The translations under genes were made by a program, and so were the position numbers. A DNA stretch of 64,000 nt from a virus, in the IMG/VR virus record IMGVR_UViG_3300027151_000002, positions 42,735-106,734 of that record; one strand, given 5' to 3'. Shown piece after piece: positions 48,704 through 57,559 of this stretch (positions are counted from its first letter, which is position 1; the number at the start of each line of letters is the position of its first letter). Under the pieces are notes generated by a model. The model saw only the letters and a list, made by a program, of their open reading frames with translations, was not told the origin of the DNA and ran no database searches.

Positions 48704-49290
48704 CCCACGGCTATCCGGGTCAGTTCCATCGCACCAGCTACCAGCGTGAGCTGCGCGTCGTGGTGCTGCGGGCGTGGCGTGAATTGCAGCGCATCCGCCG
48801 CGAGCAGGTGCAGCTGCAGGAGCTGCCTGTCGCTCAGCTGGCGGCGCTGCTGGCCAACGTCAACCGCGACCCCAAGAAGGGCAAGCCCTTCAGCCTGCAG
48901 GACTTCACGCTGTTTGCGGAAGAGCGCAAAGACGAAAGCGTGCTGAGCCCGGAGGTCGCGGCTGTGGCGCTAGAGCTACGCCATGAGGACAAAGCACCGC
49001 CGCTGCTGATCACCTGCTGGCCGCAGGTGCTCGCCAGCGTCAAAGACGGCGCCAAGGTGCCGAGCCCCCGTGCGCTACACAGCGACGACAATGCGGTGTG
49101 GGTGCTGGCGCCTAAGTGGGAGAGCGCCAACGTGCGCGGCGGATTGGTGCTCGTTCGTGGGCGGATCAGCGGCAGCATCACCGTGCGCGATCTCGACAAG
49201 CCACTGTTGAGCTACACCTTCAAGCTGCCTGAGCGCCCCGGTTTCGGCTGGATGGAGGCAGGCTGTCTCTTGGTTGCAACGGAAATCTAG
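48637..49290 (+). CDS. Tail assembly chaperone -1 frameshift extension (T-like)
   Basis: The -1 frame is open from GGGAAAG (48637-48643) into ORF 48760..49290. Confidence 0.7.
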   Translation, partial: GKAAAGGWRRSETDWAQIFYDLAHGYPGQFHRTSYQRELRVVVLRAWRELQRIRREQVQLQELPVAQLAALLANVNRDPKKGKPFSLQDFTLFAEERKDESVLSPEVAAVALELRHEDKAPPLLITCWPQVLASVKDGAKVPSPRALHSDDNAVWVLAPKWESANVRGGLVLVRGRISGSITVRDLDKPLLSYTFKLPERPGFGWMEAGCLLVATEI

Positions 49291-49294
49291 GCCC

Positions 49295-49696
49295 ATGGCA
49301 ACCGTGCTCTCGTTTAGGACCGCGCTCCAGGTCACGCTGGCGTCCTACTTGGGCACCTACACCCTTGCCAACGGCAGCACCACGCCAGCCATCTCGGTGC
49401 GTGGGGCGGGTGAGAGCCTGCCGCCCAACACCACCGTCAGCGGCCTTGAGGTGGTGATCCTGCGGGAGCCGGAGCTGGTACCGGTGCGCCAGTACCAGAA
49501 AGAGCACGCCTTCAGCCGCTGGACGATTTACCTCGTCGATTGGGACGGCACCAACAGCCTGCAGGAAGTAGCTGGCAAGTTGCTCTGGGCGTACCCCGGC
49601 AGCAACGCCGTCTCGATCAACGTGCCAAGAGGCGTAGGCCCGCGTTCGCAGATGCGCGTTGACATCCAGACCGATCCCGACCTGATTGTGGGTTGA
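49295..49696 (+). CDS. Tail terminator-like protein
   Basis: 133 aa, own promoter motif. Confidence 0.45.
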   Translation: MATVLSFRTALQVTLASYLGTYTLANGSTTPAISVRGAGESLPPNTTVSGLEVVILREPELVPVRQYQKEHAFSRWTIYLVDWDGTNSLQEVAGKLLWAYPGSNAVSINVPRGVGPRSQMRVDIQTDPDLIVG

Positions 49697-49727
49697 GGAA
49701 ACCTTGGTGTAGAGCTTTTTGTTGGCG

Positions 49728-50420
49728 ATGCCCGTATTTCCAGGCGCTGGTGACGCCTCTGTTCGGCTGGCGTACAAAGACGCCGGGGGTATCGTTCAGA
49801 ATGTTGATACCAACAATCCTCTGCCGGTCAACATTGGCAGCGCCACGCTCAGCGTCACTGCAGACGGCGTTGAGATCAAAAACGACACGGGCAACCCCGT
49901 ACCCGTCAGTGATGGCGCAAGCAGCCTGACTGTCGATGGCAAGGCATACCGCTCAACGGTATCCATTACCCGCCCCAGCAACACCACCGCTTACACCGCT
50001 GGTGATGTGGTTGGTGACACTGGCGGCAGCGCGATCCTGACGCTCACCAACGCCGGCCCCAGCGGTGGCTTCGTCATTGTGCAAAGCGCCTCGCTGATTT
50101 TTAGCGACAGCAGTGTTCCGAGCGGCATGGGCGCCTTCCGCGTTCATTTGTACTCAGCCAGCCCCACCGCCATCGCGGATAACGTTGCCTTTGACTTAGC
50201 GAGCGGCGAGCGGGCCACCTACATGGGCTACATCGAACTGCCCACACCGCAGGATCTCGGCAGCACGATCTACACACAGGTGGACTACCCAGGCCGCCTG
50301 CTTAAGCTCGCCGCAGCCAGCACCTCGATCTTTGCCGAGATCGAAACCCGTGGCGCTTACACCCCCGTTAGCGCCAGCACCGTTGAACTCCGCATCAACA
50401 CACTGGAGGCTGGACTCTGA
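49728..50420 (+). CDS. Virion structural protein
   Basis: TRPSNTTAYTAGDVVG; VEIKNDTGNPVP is shared with the 9377 gene (VEISNDSGNPVP). Confidence 0.55.
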   Translation: MPVFPGAGDASVRLAYKDAGGIVQNVDTNNPLPVNIGSATLSVTADGVEIKNDTGNPVPVSDGASSLTVDGKAYRSTVSITRPSNTTAYTAGDVVGDTGGSAILTLTNAGPSGGFVIVQSASLIFSDSSVPSGMGAFRVHLYSASPTAIADNVAFDLASGERATYMGYIELPTPQDLGSTIYTQVDYPGRLLKLAAASTSIFAEIETRGAYTPVSASTVELRINTLEAGL

Positions 50421-51772
50421 TGCGCGGCTCTGCTGCTTTCCGCACCAGCGTTACCCCTGGTGGCGCACTAGCTGGACCGTGGGTGCGTAACCCACTGTGG
50501 AACGCTGCCCGCAGTGTGCCGTCGCTGGACCTGCGCTTTGCCGACAACAAGAGCCTCGTTGACGCCACCACCGGCCAGAACCTTGTCACCTTCACCCGCG
50601 CCAGTAGCGGCACCTATGTCGGCAGCGATAGGCTGATCAAGACGGCGACGACGAACGAAGCACGCTTTGATCATTCTCCCACCACGGGCGAAAGCCTAGG
50701 GCTGCTGGTGGAGGAAAGTAGGACGAATTTGTGTTTGCAAAGTGAGGCATGGGATACGTCTCCTTGGACATCCACTGCTCCGTACAGCGTAACCGCTAAT
50801 GCAATAGCTGCACCAGATGGCACACAAACAGCCGATGCTTTGATTGTTGCTAGCGGGTCAAGTTCATTCACTACTAATGTAACAAGGCAAATTATTACGA
50901 AAGCAGCATCTGCACTTCAATACACCCGAAGCGCATATTTCAAAGCACTAGGCTCAACGACTAGCGTTCGAGTCAGCGATTTTGGTTCCTCTGCAGCAAA
51001 CGGTGCCTCCGCAGTCGTATCACTTGTTGACGGCAGTATTGTCACCGCTCCGTCTGTAGCGGGTTCCTTTTCTGGTGCTTCGGTTGCGGTGTCAAATGCC
51101 GGGAATGGCTGGTGGCGCGTTGCGTTTACTTATACCACTGATACGGCAACTTCATTAACTATCCGATCTTTCCCGTATGTAGGCGCGGGCGTGCTTACGG
51201 GCGACGGGTCCAGCGGTCTTTACGTCTGGGGCGTTCAACTAGAAGCCGGCGCCTTCCCCACCAGCTACATCCCCACCACCACAGCAACAGTCACCCGCAG
51301 TGCTGACGTGGCCAGTATTACGGGGAGTAACTTCAGCTCTTGGTATCGACAGGATGAGGGGACGGTGTTTGGAGATTTTACAAGAACTGCAAGCACGAAT
51401 ACGCAACAAGGGCGTGTTTTTAGTTTTAGCGATGGGACAAACACGAACCTGCTTGAGATTTATCAAACAGGTGGGTCCAATCCAGCCGCTCAAATTATTG
51501 CAACTACATCACAAGCTGGGTGGATAGCATCTAACTTTACTGTTGGAACGTCAACTCGTGAAGTGCTTGGCTATCAGCTAAACAATACCAATGCTTCATT
51601 CAACGGCAGCTCTGAAACAGCGGATACAGTTTGCACTATGCCAAATGCATTAACGCAAGCACGAATTGGAGATCGTCAAGATGGTGTCAGAACACTTAAC
51701 GGCACCATCCGCCGCCTCACCTACTTCCCAACCCGCCTTCCCAACGAGACTCTCCAGGGGATCACGCAATGA
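50420..51772 (+). CDS. Head/tail spike or fibre protein with carbohydrate-binding-like domains
   Basis: TFTRAS, GLLVEESRTN, GWWRV, WGVQLEAG...TSYIPT...TRSAD. Confidence 0.7.
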   Translation: MRGSAAFRTSVTPGGALAGPWVRNPLWNAARSVPSLDLRFADNKSLVDATTGQNLVTFTRASSGTYVGSDRLIKTATTNEARFDHSPTTGESLGLLVEESRTNLCLQSEAWDTSPWTSTAPYSVTANAIAAPDGTQTADALIVASGSSSFTTNVTRQIITKAASALQYTRSAYFKALGSTTSVRVSDFGSSAANGASAVVSLVDGSIVTAPSVAGSFSGASVAVSNAGNGWWRVAFTYTTDTATSLTIRSFPYVGAGVLTGDGSSGLYVWGVQLEAGAFPTSYIPTTTATVTRSADVASITGSNFSSWYRQDEGTVFGDFTRTASTNTQQGRVFSFSDGTNTNLLEIYQTGGSNPAAQIIATTSQAGWIASNFTVGTSTREVLGYQLNNTNASFNGSSETADTVCTMPNALTQARIGDRQDGVRTLNGTIRRLTYFPTRLPNETLQGITQ

Positions 51773-52050
51773 CTTATTTTATCCGCTTCCCGAACGCTGA
51801 AACCGGCATGAATGCCTTGGATGATGCTGGTTTGCTTGATGATGACCAGCAATTCATCACTGCTTCCCACAACCATTCCCTTGATGTGATTGGCACCATT
51901 TTCAGTGGTGGTGAATGGGCTTTGGATGATAGCGTCATTACACCCCCTACTGTACTTGACGGCTGGCACGTCAACTTTCAAGGCGAGCTTCCTGAGGGGT
52001 GGGAGGAGTACGTGGTTGAGCCGCAGCAGCCGGTGAGGGTGTTTGCTTAG
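51769..52050 (+). CDS. Small acidic fibre-associated protein
   Basis: LDVIG...GWHVN...PVRVFA; its TAG stop is part of a TAG-N9-CTA site. Confidence 0.6.
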   Translation: MTYFIRFPNAETGMNALDDAGLLDDDQQFITASHNHSLDVIGTIFSGGEWALDDSVITPPTVLDGWHVNFQGELPEGWEEYVVEPQQPVRVFA

Positions 52051-52064
52051 TGGCGGTCACTAAC

Positions 52065-52139
52065 GTGGTGGTGTTCCCGCTCTGCTTCGGCATCGGGCTG
52101 CTTAGCCCAGCTTCGGCTGGGCTTTGCTGTATCCATTAC
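52065..52139 (+). ncRNA. Candidate structured RNA (three-way junction, two UUCG loops)
   Basis: GTGGTGG/CCATTAC closing stem; TGC-TTCG-GCA and AGCCCAGC-TTCG-GCTGGGCT hairpins. Confidence 0.4.
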
Positions 52140-52177
52140 TTCAGAGGGGCAACTTAGCCATAGCAGACCTGCTGGCT

Positions 52178-52351
52178 ATGACCCCAGAAGAATTCGCAGG
52201 CCTAGCCCTTGCGTTATTGGCTGGCAGTGAACTGCTGAGCTACATCCCTGGCGTCAGAGCCAACGGCTGGGTCCAGCTGATCCTGTCGGCACTGCGCGGT
52301 ATCGCCGCTGCAGCGCAGGCAGATCAAGGCAAACCAAAGCGTCGCCGCTGA
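52178..52351 (+). CDS. Holin-like membrane protein
   Basis: LALALLAGSELLSYIPGVRANGWVQLIL; basic tail; in the lysis cassette. Confidence 0.55.
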   Translation: MTPEEFAGLALALLAGSELLSYIPGVRANGWVQLILSALRGIAAAAQADQGKPKRRR

Positions 52352-52353
52352 TC

Positions 52354-52596
52354 GTGGTTGAAGTCTTGGCGGCCGTGATCGGTGCAGTCGTCGGCATCGG
52401 CGCTAGTGGCGTTGGCAGCTTTATGCGCAAAGACGAGGAATCCTCCAAAGCCGTGATCCGCCTGACTTCAGCGGTGGAACACATCGCTGGTGAGGTCTCA
52501 CTGCTGCGCCAGGAGATCAAGGAAGACCGCCAAGAGCTGTACCCACGGCTCAATGCGATTGAGCAACGCCTTGCCGTTTTGGAGACCAAGGTTTGA
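52354..52596 (+). CDS. Membrane-anchored coiled-coil lysis protein
   Basis: TM helix plus coiled coil ending RLAVLE. Confidence 0.55.
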   Translation: MVEVLAAVIGAVVGIGASGVGSFMRKDEESSKAVIRLTSAVEHIAGEVSLLRQEIKEDRQELYPRLNAIEQRLAVLETKV

Positions 52597-53774
52597 GCGC
52601 CATCCAGCTCCGGCAAGCCGCAAAGCACTTCAAGGAACTGCCGCATCAGCTCGCAGCGTGGGACTGGCTGCAAGGCCACATTCCCGATGGCGTGCTGGCG
52701 GACTTTGCGGAGCTGTACCGCGCAGACCCCAAACCGAAAGAACTGCTGCCAGCGCCGTGGGTTGCGCCTGCGCTCAAGATCATCCGCGAATTTGAAGGCT
52801 GCAAGCTGGAGGCCTACAAGTGTCCGGCAGGCGTCTGGACCATCGGCTGGGGCACCACGCGTCTCATGGATGCGCCGGTGCGCGGCGGCGACAAGATCAG
52901 CCAAGCGCTTGCCGATGAGCTGCTGCAGAACGAAGTTGAAAACCTCTTTGGCCCTGGTGTGCTGCACCTGCTGCCGTTAGCCAAGGGCTGGAAACCAGAG
53001 CAGGTCGCTGCCATCGTCAGCTTTGCCTACAACCTTGGCCTTGGTGCCTTAGAGGAGAGCACGCTGTGCAAGCGGCTGCTGGCCGGAGAAGAGCCCTGCA
53101 AGGTCGTCAGGGAAGAGTTGCCCCGCTGGGTTCATGCTGGTGAGGCAGTCTTGGCGGGCCTGGAGCGCCGCCGTGCTGCAGAGGTCGCGTTGTTCTGTGG
53201 TGACAAGCGCCTGCAAACACCACCGCAGCAAAAGCCCGGTCAGCCGCTGAAGGTGCCGTATTTCAGCCAGCGCGATTCGACAGTGGCTGGTCAAGCCAAC
53301 CGCATGTGCTTCAGCTCTAGTTGCGCCATGCTCGTGGCTTACCTGCGGTCTGGTGTGATTAGCGGTGCTGCCGCCGACGATCAGTACCTCAAGACGGTGC
53401 TGCGCTTCGGTGACACCACCGATGTAAATGCCCAGCTCAAGGCGCTAGCCCACTACGGCATCAAGGCCAGCTTCAAGCAGAACGGTGGCTGGGATGACCT
53501 GCAGCGTCAGATCGCTCGCAATGTGCCTGTCCCATGCGGGTTCCTGCATCACGGCACCAGCAGCAAACCGTCTGGCGGGGGGCATTGGCTCACGGTGATC
53601 GGCGTCACCGCTGGTCACGTCATCGTCAATGATCCCTTCGGTGAGATGGATGTGGTGCGCGGCACCTACATCAACAGCAAAGGCGCAGGGCTCGCCTACA
53701 GCAAAGCCAACTGGGGACCGCGCTGGCTCGTGGAAGGCGTGCACAGCGGTTGGTGCATCATCGCCGAGCCATGA
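52593..53774 (+). CDS. Endolysin: GH24 lysozyme plus C39-like peptidase
   Basis: FEGCKLEAYKCPAGVWTIGWG, GLERRR; VPYFSQ...CFSSSCAM...GHW...NDP. Confidence 0.85.
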   Translation: MSAIQLRQAAKHFKELPHQLAAWDWLQGHIPDGVLADFAELYRADPKPKELLPAPWVAPALKIIREFEGCKLEAYKCPAGVWTIGWGTTRLMDAPVRGGDKISQALADELLQNEVENLFGPGVLHLLPLAKGWKPEQVAAIVSFAYNLGLGALEESTLCKRLLAGEEPCKVVREELPRWVHAGEAVLAGLERRRAAEVALFCGDKRLQTPPQQKPGQPLKVPYFSQRDSTVAGQANRMCFSSSCAMLVAYLRSGVISGAAADDQYLKTVLRFGDTTDVNAQLKALAHYGIKASFKQNGGWDDLQRQIARNVPVPCGFLHHGTSSKPSGGGHWLTVIGVTAGHVIVNDPFGEMDVVRGTYINSKGAGLAYSKANWGPRWLVEGVHSGWCIIAEP

Positions 53775-53956
53775 AAGAACCCAACATCAGCCGCCGCATT
53801 CAGCCTGGCCTCTGGATCGTGGAGCGCCCGAAGACCGGCTTGAAGGTGTGGATGGCGATGGCCAATGGCATCACCTACATGAGCTACGACGAGAACAACA
53901 CACGGCTGTGGCTAAGCCGTGAACTGGACGACCCGGAGCCACCGGCTGCGGCCTAG
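53771..53956 (+). CDS. Hypothetical protein
   Basis: ATGA overlap with the lysin. Confidence 0.5.
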   Translation: MKEPNISRRIQPGLWIVERPKTGLKVWMAMANGITYMSYDENNTRLWLSRELDDPEPPAAA

Positions 53957-54033
53957 TTGACTACCGCTAGCCAATAGGCTAGTTTCGTGTTGCTAGGGCG
54001 GCTCGGCTCTGGCATCGTCTTTCCATCTCCGCC

Positions 54034-54222
54034 ATGACAACCACCTTCGCGTGGGTGGCGGCAATCTTCTTCCTTCCGTTCGCACTGCTCTATGTGCTGA
54101 CGGAATCACGCCAGCAGCGGGCCGTTGGCCTGCGTCGTTCTGGCTGGTCTTACAACCGGATTGCTGCTGCTCTCAACTGTTCACCCACCACTGCTCGCCG
54201 GCTTGTACTGCAAGCCCTTTGA
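54034..54222 (+). CDS. Membrane-anchored HTH protein
   Basis: TM helix followed by GWSYNRIAAALNCSPTTARR. Confidence 0.6.
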   Translation: MTTTFAWVAAIFFLPFALLYVLTESRQQRAVGLRRSGWSYNRIAAALNCSPTTARRLVLQAL

Positions 54223-54372
54223 AATCATTAAGCATTCGTGCAGAATTTCTGCCTGCCAGCGTTGACCGTGTTCTGTGCAATATCCCAACCCGCATACACG
54301 CCATTTCATACCTTCTTCCGTTTTGACATAGTTGATCGTCGGCTCTTCCAACGGAATACTTAACCCAACCAT
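54181..54372 (-). CDS. Hypothetical protein
   Basis: WRVCGLGYCTEH; preceded by GGGAACCTAG. Confidence 0.45.
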   Translation of the reverse strand: MVGLSIPLEEPTINYVKTEEGMKWRVCGLGYCTEHGQRWQAEILHECLMISKGLQYKPASSGG

Positions 54373-54385
54373 CTAGGTTCCCGGT

Positions 54386-54607
54386 ATGGCATGGGGTGAT
54401 TGGATGGTGCCCCAACCGGGGCCAGAGCACCTCCTCACCCTTGAGCGTCAGAAACGTGCGGTCGAAAGTTACGACCTGCCGCAGGCGCAAGAGATGTTGA
54501 TCAAACTCTGTCAGCTCTCCTTGCATCAAGACCTGATCATTCGCGGCGCTACGCGGCGGATCGCAGAGCTTGAATGCAATCTTGCCCTTGCAGACCGCCA
54601 AGCTTAA
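54386..54607 (+). CDS. NblA-like protein (putative phycobilisome degradation adaptor)
   Basis: 73 aa; E...V...QAQEMLIKL...Q register matches NblA (QAKxxLVKL). Confidence 0.5.
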   Translation: MAWGDWMVPQPGPEHLLTLERQKRAVESYDLPQAQEMLIKLCQLSLHQDLIIRGATRRIAELECNLALADRQA

Positions 54608-55463
54608 GCCGCAGGCTGTTCATGGCACGGTTGTGCATCTGCTGCGTGGCCTGACGGCTGATCTTCAGGTCTTCGCCGATCTCGATGTAGGAAGTTGGGT
54701 GACGGCTGCTATAGAAGTAGCGCCGCTGGATGATGTGCTGATTCTCTGGGGTCAGATCAGCAATGGCCTCGTGCAGCGCTTTGACATATTCGGTCAGATC
54801 ATCGGGCTGCGGCTCAACGCTGCGCGGATCAGCGACGACTTCCGAGAAGTTGCCGTAGTTGTCACCGCCTGGCATCTGCTGATCCAGGCTGCAGACACCA
54901 GCGTTGTGGTTCAGGTAGCCCAGCAGCGTTTGCTTTTGAATGCCGCAGTAGTCGGCCACCTCTTGCAGTGCTGGCATCTTGCCATGCTCATGCAGGTGCT
55001 TCTGCATAAAGTCCATGGCTTTGCGGATCTCATCGTTGGCCTGCATTGGCAGACGGATGATGCGGCTGTTGCGATTGATCGCTCGCGTAATCCCTTGGCG
55101 AATCCACCAGTAGGAATAAGTGCTGAACTTGTAGCCAAGGCCAGGGTCAAACTTCAGGATGCCTGAATCCATCCCAACAAGACCCTCTTGGATCAGGTCT
55201 TCAAGCGTCAGCGTGCCGCCATACCTCTTGTATTTGCCGGCGACATTGACCGCCAAGCGGATGTTGGAGAGAAAGAAGCGATCACGAGCGCGGCGCCCTT
55301 TGTTGATGATGCCCTGCTGCTGTTTCGTCGGCTTCTCAACGTTTTTGATCGCCATCCAGGCCTGCACTTGACGGGCCAAGACGATCTCTTCGGCGGGTGT
55401 CAGCAGCGGATAGCGGCGCGAGTGCTGAATGATCCAATCAACGGAAGTGCCAGGCGTAGCCAT
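54549..55463 (-). CDS. RpoD-like (group 2-type) RNA polymerase sigma factor
   Basis: PLLTPAEE, NIRLAVNVA, DLIQEG, KFDPGLGYKFSTYSYWWIRQGITRAI, region 4 HTH. Confidence 0.9.
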   Translation of the reverse strand: MATPGTSVDWIIQHSRRYPLLTPAEEIVLARQVQAWMAIKNVEKPTKQQQGIINKGRRARDRFFLSNIRLAVNVAGKYKRYGGTLTLEDLIQEGLVGMDSGILKFDPGLGYKFSTYSYWWIRQGITRAINRNSRIIRLPMQANDEIRKAMDFMQKHLHEHGKMPALQEVADYCGIQKQTLLGYLNHNAGVCSLDQQMPGGDNYGNFSEVVADPRSVEPQPDDLTEYVKALHEAIADLTPENQHIIQRRYFYSSRHPTSYIEIGEDLKISRQATQQMHNRAMNSLRLKLGGLQGQDCIQALRSAA

Positions 55464-55594
55464 CGGCAGCGGTGTCGGGGAGAAATGGCTAATGTTTGGG
55501 CCTAGCCCTTTTTTGGAGGACTAGGCGGAACCGTAGAGGCAGGCTGCGGTAAAGGTGGCACCGCGTGAGGACCACCTACCTGCCACCCTTTTAA

Positions 55595-56176
55595 TTAGAC
55601 CGTGGCCAAGGTCACGGTGTGCTCTTGGTCTTGGTATTTGCCAGAGCGCTTCTCATAGGTGATGTCACAGGGATCACCTTCAAAGAACAGCAGCTGGCAG
55701 ATGCCCTCGTTGGCATAGATGCGGCAGTCAGCACCAGAGGAGTTGGAAAACTCCAGGGTCAGATGGCCGCGCCAGCCCGCTTCAGCCGGGGTCATGTTGG
55801 CGATCACACCCATGCGGGCATAGGTGGATTTGCCAAGGCAGATCACCGTGACGTTGGGCGGCACGCAGAGCTTCTCCAATGCCACACCCAAGCCGTAGCT
55901 GTGGGCAGGCAAAACGAAGTAGCGGCCCCGTTCATCGCTGTGCAACTCGACGTTGCGCAGGTTGTCGGGGTTGAACGCCTTGGGGTCCATGATCGTGCCC
56001 GGCACATGCTGAAACACGCGGAAATCAGCCGGTGACAGGCGGATGTCGTAGCCGTAGGAGCTACAGCCGTAGCTGAGCACCTTGTGGCTGGCGACTTGGC
56101 GGATCAGGGTGGGTTCAAACGGCTGGATCATGCCAGCGTCAGCGCGGACGCGAATCCAGTGGTCGGCCTTAATCAC
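55595..56176 (-). CDS. dcd: dCTP deaminase (second copy)
   Basis: SYGCSSYGYDIRL, GKSTYARMG, TPAEAGWRG, YANEGICQ, KYQDQ. Confidence 0.92.
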   Translation of the reverse strand: MIKADHWIRVRADAGMIQPFEPTLIRQVASHKVLSYGCSSYGYDIRLSPADFRVFQHVPGTIMDPKAFNPDNLRNVELHSDERGRYFVLPAHSYGLGVALEKLCVPPNVTVICLGKSTYARMGVIANMTPAEAGWRGHLTLEFSNSSGADCRIYANEGICQLLFFEGDPCDITYEKRSGKYQDQEHTVTLATV

Positions 56177-56451
56177 TGCACAGCCTCCAGGACTTGACGA
56201 GCGGTGCGCCATGCCACGAAGGCCACCGCCAGCGAACGTGATTGGTTGTTGAGGTGTTCGTTGGGATGGCTGCTATCCCACCAAGCAGACAACTGATCTT
56301 CCAAAGCTCCAGCGGTGTTGATTGGCTTTGCAGCTTTTGCGAAGTCCACAATCACCGCAGCGGTCTTGTTGTTGATTGGTGCGGCGTGCGGGTAGCTGTC
56401 GCGCCACCACTCAGCCAGCAGGTCTTCAAGCGTCGGCGTTGTTGTCGTCAT
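56173..56451 (-). CDS. Hypothetical protein with internal duplication
   Basis: LEDxLxxWWxxSxP...NN occurs twice. Confidence 0.55.
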   Translation of the reverse strand: MTTTTPTLEDLLAEWWRDSYPHAAPINNKTAAVIVDFAKAAKPINTAGALEDQLSAWWDSSHPNEHLNNQSRSLAVAFVAWRTARQVLEAVQ

Positions 56452-56589
56452 CGCTCTGGGTGAGAAGGCCGGTGTAGGTGGATTTCCGAGGGTCGCCTGC
56501 AGGCAGCTGATCGCGGCCGCTGGCGGCGTAGGCAGCTTCCAGGCGGTCTTGCCGGGCCTGCTGCTCAATGGGGTTGCAGTCGGGGTTCA

Positions 56590-56928
56590 TCAGAAGGGCA
56601 TCGCTTGGGTGGATTGGTTCTGCCACTTAGATGACGCCGGATTGATCGTGCCGTAGTCGCCATCACGCCCTTCACGCCCTTTGCCGTTGATGTAGAAGCC
56701 TTCGACCTCTACCTCTGCTTTTTTGTCGTAGTCCCACACTTTGCCGGTGCGCATCTTCTCGCTGTCATCGGCGCTGTTGATGATGTAGTTGGCAAAAGCC
56801 ACAGCAGACTCACGGGGTACAAACAGGGTGAGGCTGCGGGGCTGCTTTCCACCGTTGTCGTAACGGTTTTCCCCAGTGCTCCATTTGACAGCGCGGGGAA
56901 GTGCAGCTTTGAAATCAGAGTCAGCCAT
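56590..56928 (-). CDS. Putative ssDNA-binding protein
   Basis: Beta-rich, C-terminal PF, near ERF. Confidence 0.45.
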   Translation of the reverse strand: MADSDFKAALPRAVKWSTGENRYDNGGKQPRSLTLFVPRESAVAFANYIINSADDSEKMRTGKVWDYDKKAEVEVEGFYINGKGREGRDGDYGTINPASSKWQNQSTQAMPF

Positions 56929-57172
56929 CAGTCAAGGAGGGGAGGTTGAAGTAACGGCGCAGCGCGTCATGCACAGCGCCGCTGGGGGTGAGCTGGTGCT
57001 CATCCGCGTGTTCACGAATGAGCTGCATCACGTCCGGCCAGAGGTGGGCGCAGACCGCAACGCTTTTGGTGCTGCGGCCGTAACGCCGCCGAGGAGCGGG
57101 CTTGCCTTTGCTAGCGCTAGTCATTGCAGGCACACCAGAGGTGAGGCGTGTTGCGGTGGGCATAGAAATCAA
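56921..57172 (-). CDS. Ribbon-helix-helix protein
   Basis: SVAVCAHL...IREHADEHQLTPSGAVHDALRRYF. Confidence 0.55.
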   Translation of the reverse strand: MISMPTATRLTSGVPAMTSASKGKPAPRRRYGRSTKSVAVCAHLWPDVMQLIREHADEHQLTPSGAVHDALRRYFNLPSLTDG

Positions 57173-57559
57173 CGGGTGCGATGGCTAAACCGTTTACATC
57201 TAGGCCAGTGATGTCCCTAATTTGCAGCCAGATGCGCTTGACGCGCTGATAGGAGCAAAAGCGGTATTCCGGCGGCACCGCATCGGCAGATTCCTCCCAT
57301 TGGAGAAAAGTGCCGTCGATGCCAGCCAAAAACGCGCCATCGCTATTCGTCAGCAGCCAGTAGACCCGGTGCAGATACGGATCGCTGCAGAAGCTGGAGA
57401 TCTGAGCGGATGCGCTGAAGCAGGACGCGCTTGGCGCAGTGGTTGCCGAAGTAGGTGAGCCGAGCGTTGTATGCAGCTTCTGCATAAACGTCCGCTCCCG
57501 CTGATTCAATAGCTCGGATGGCATCGCATACATGCGCGTGAGCAAGTCGGATGTGCTCA

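Noticed and set aside
55464-55594. HDV-like (theta) ribozyme
   Set aside because: P1 and P2 can be drawn, but P3 has only 2 bp, the P1.1 G is missing and there is no C-x-A-A J4/2
10213-56063. TAG-N9-CTA hits at 10213, 46195 and 56049
   Set aside because: Different codon phase, mid-domain, and within the expected background count
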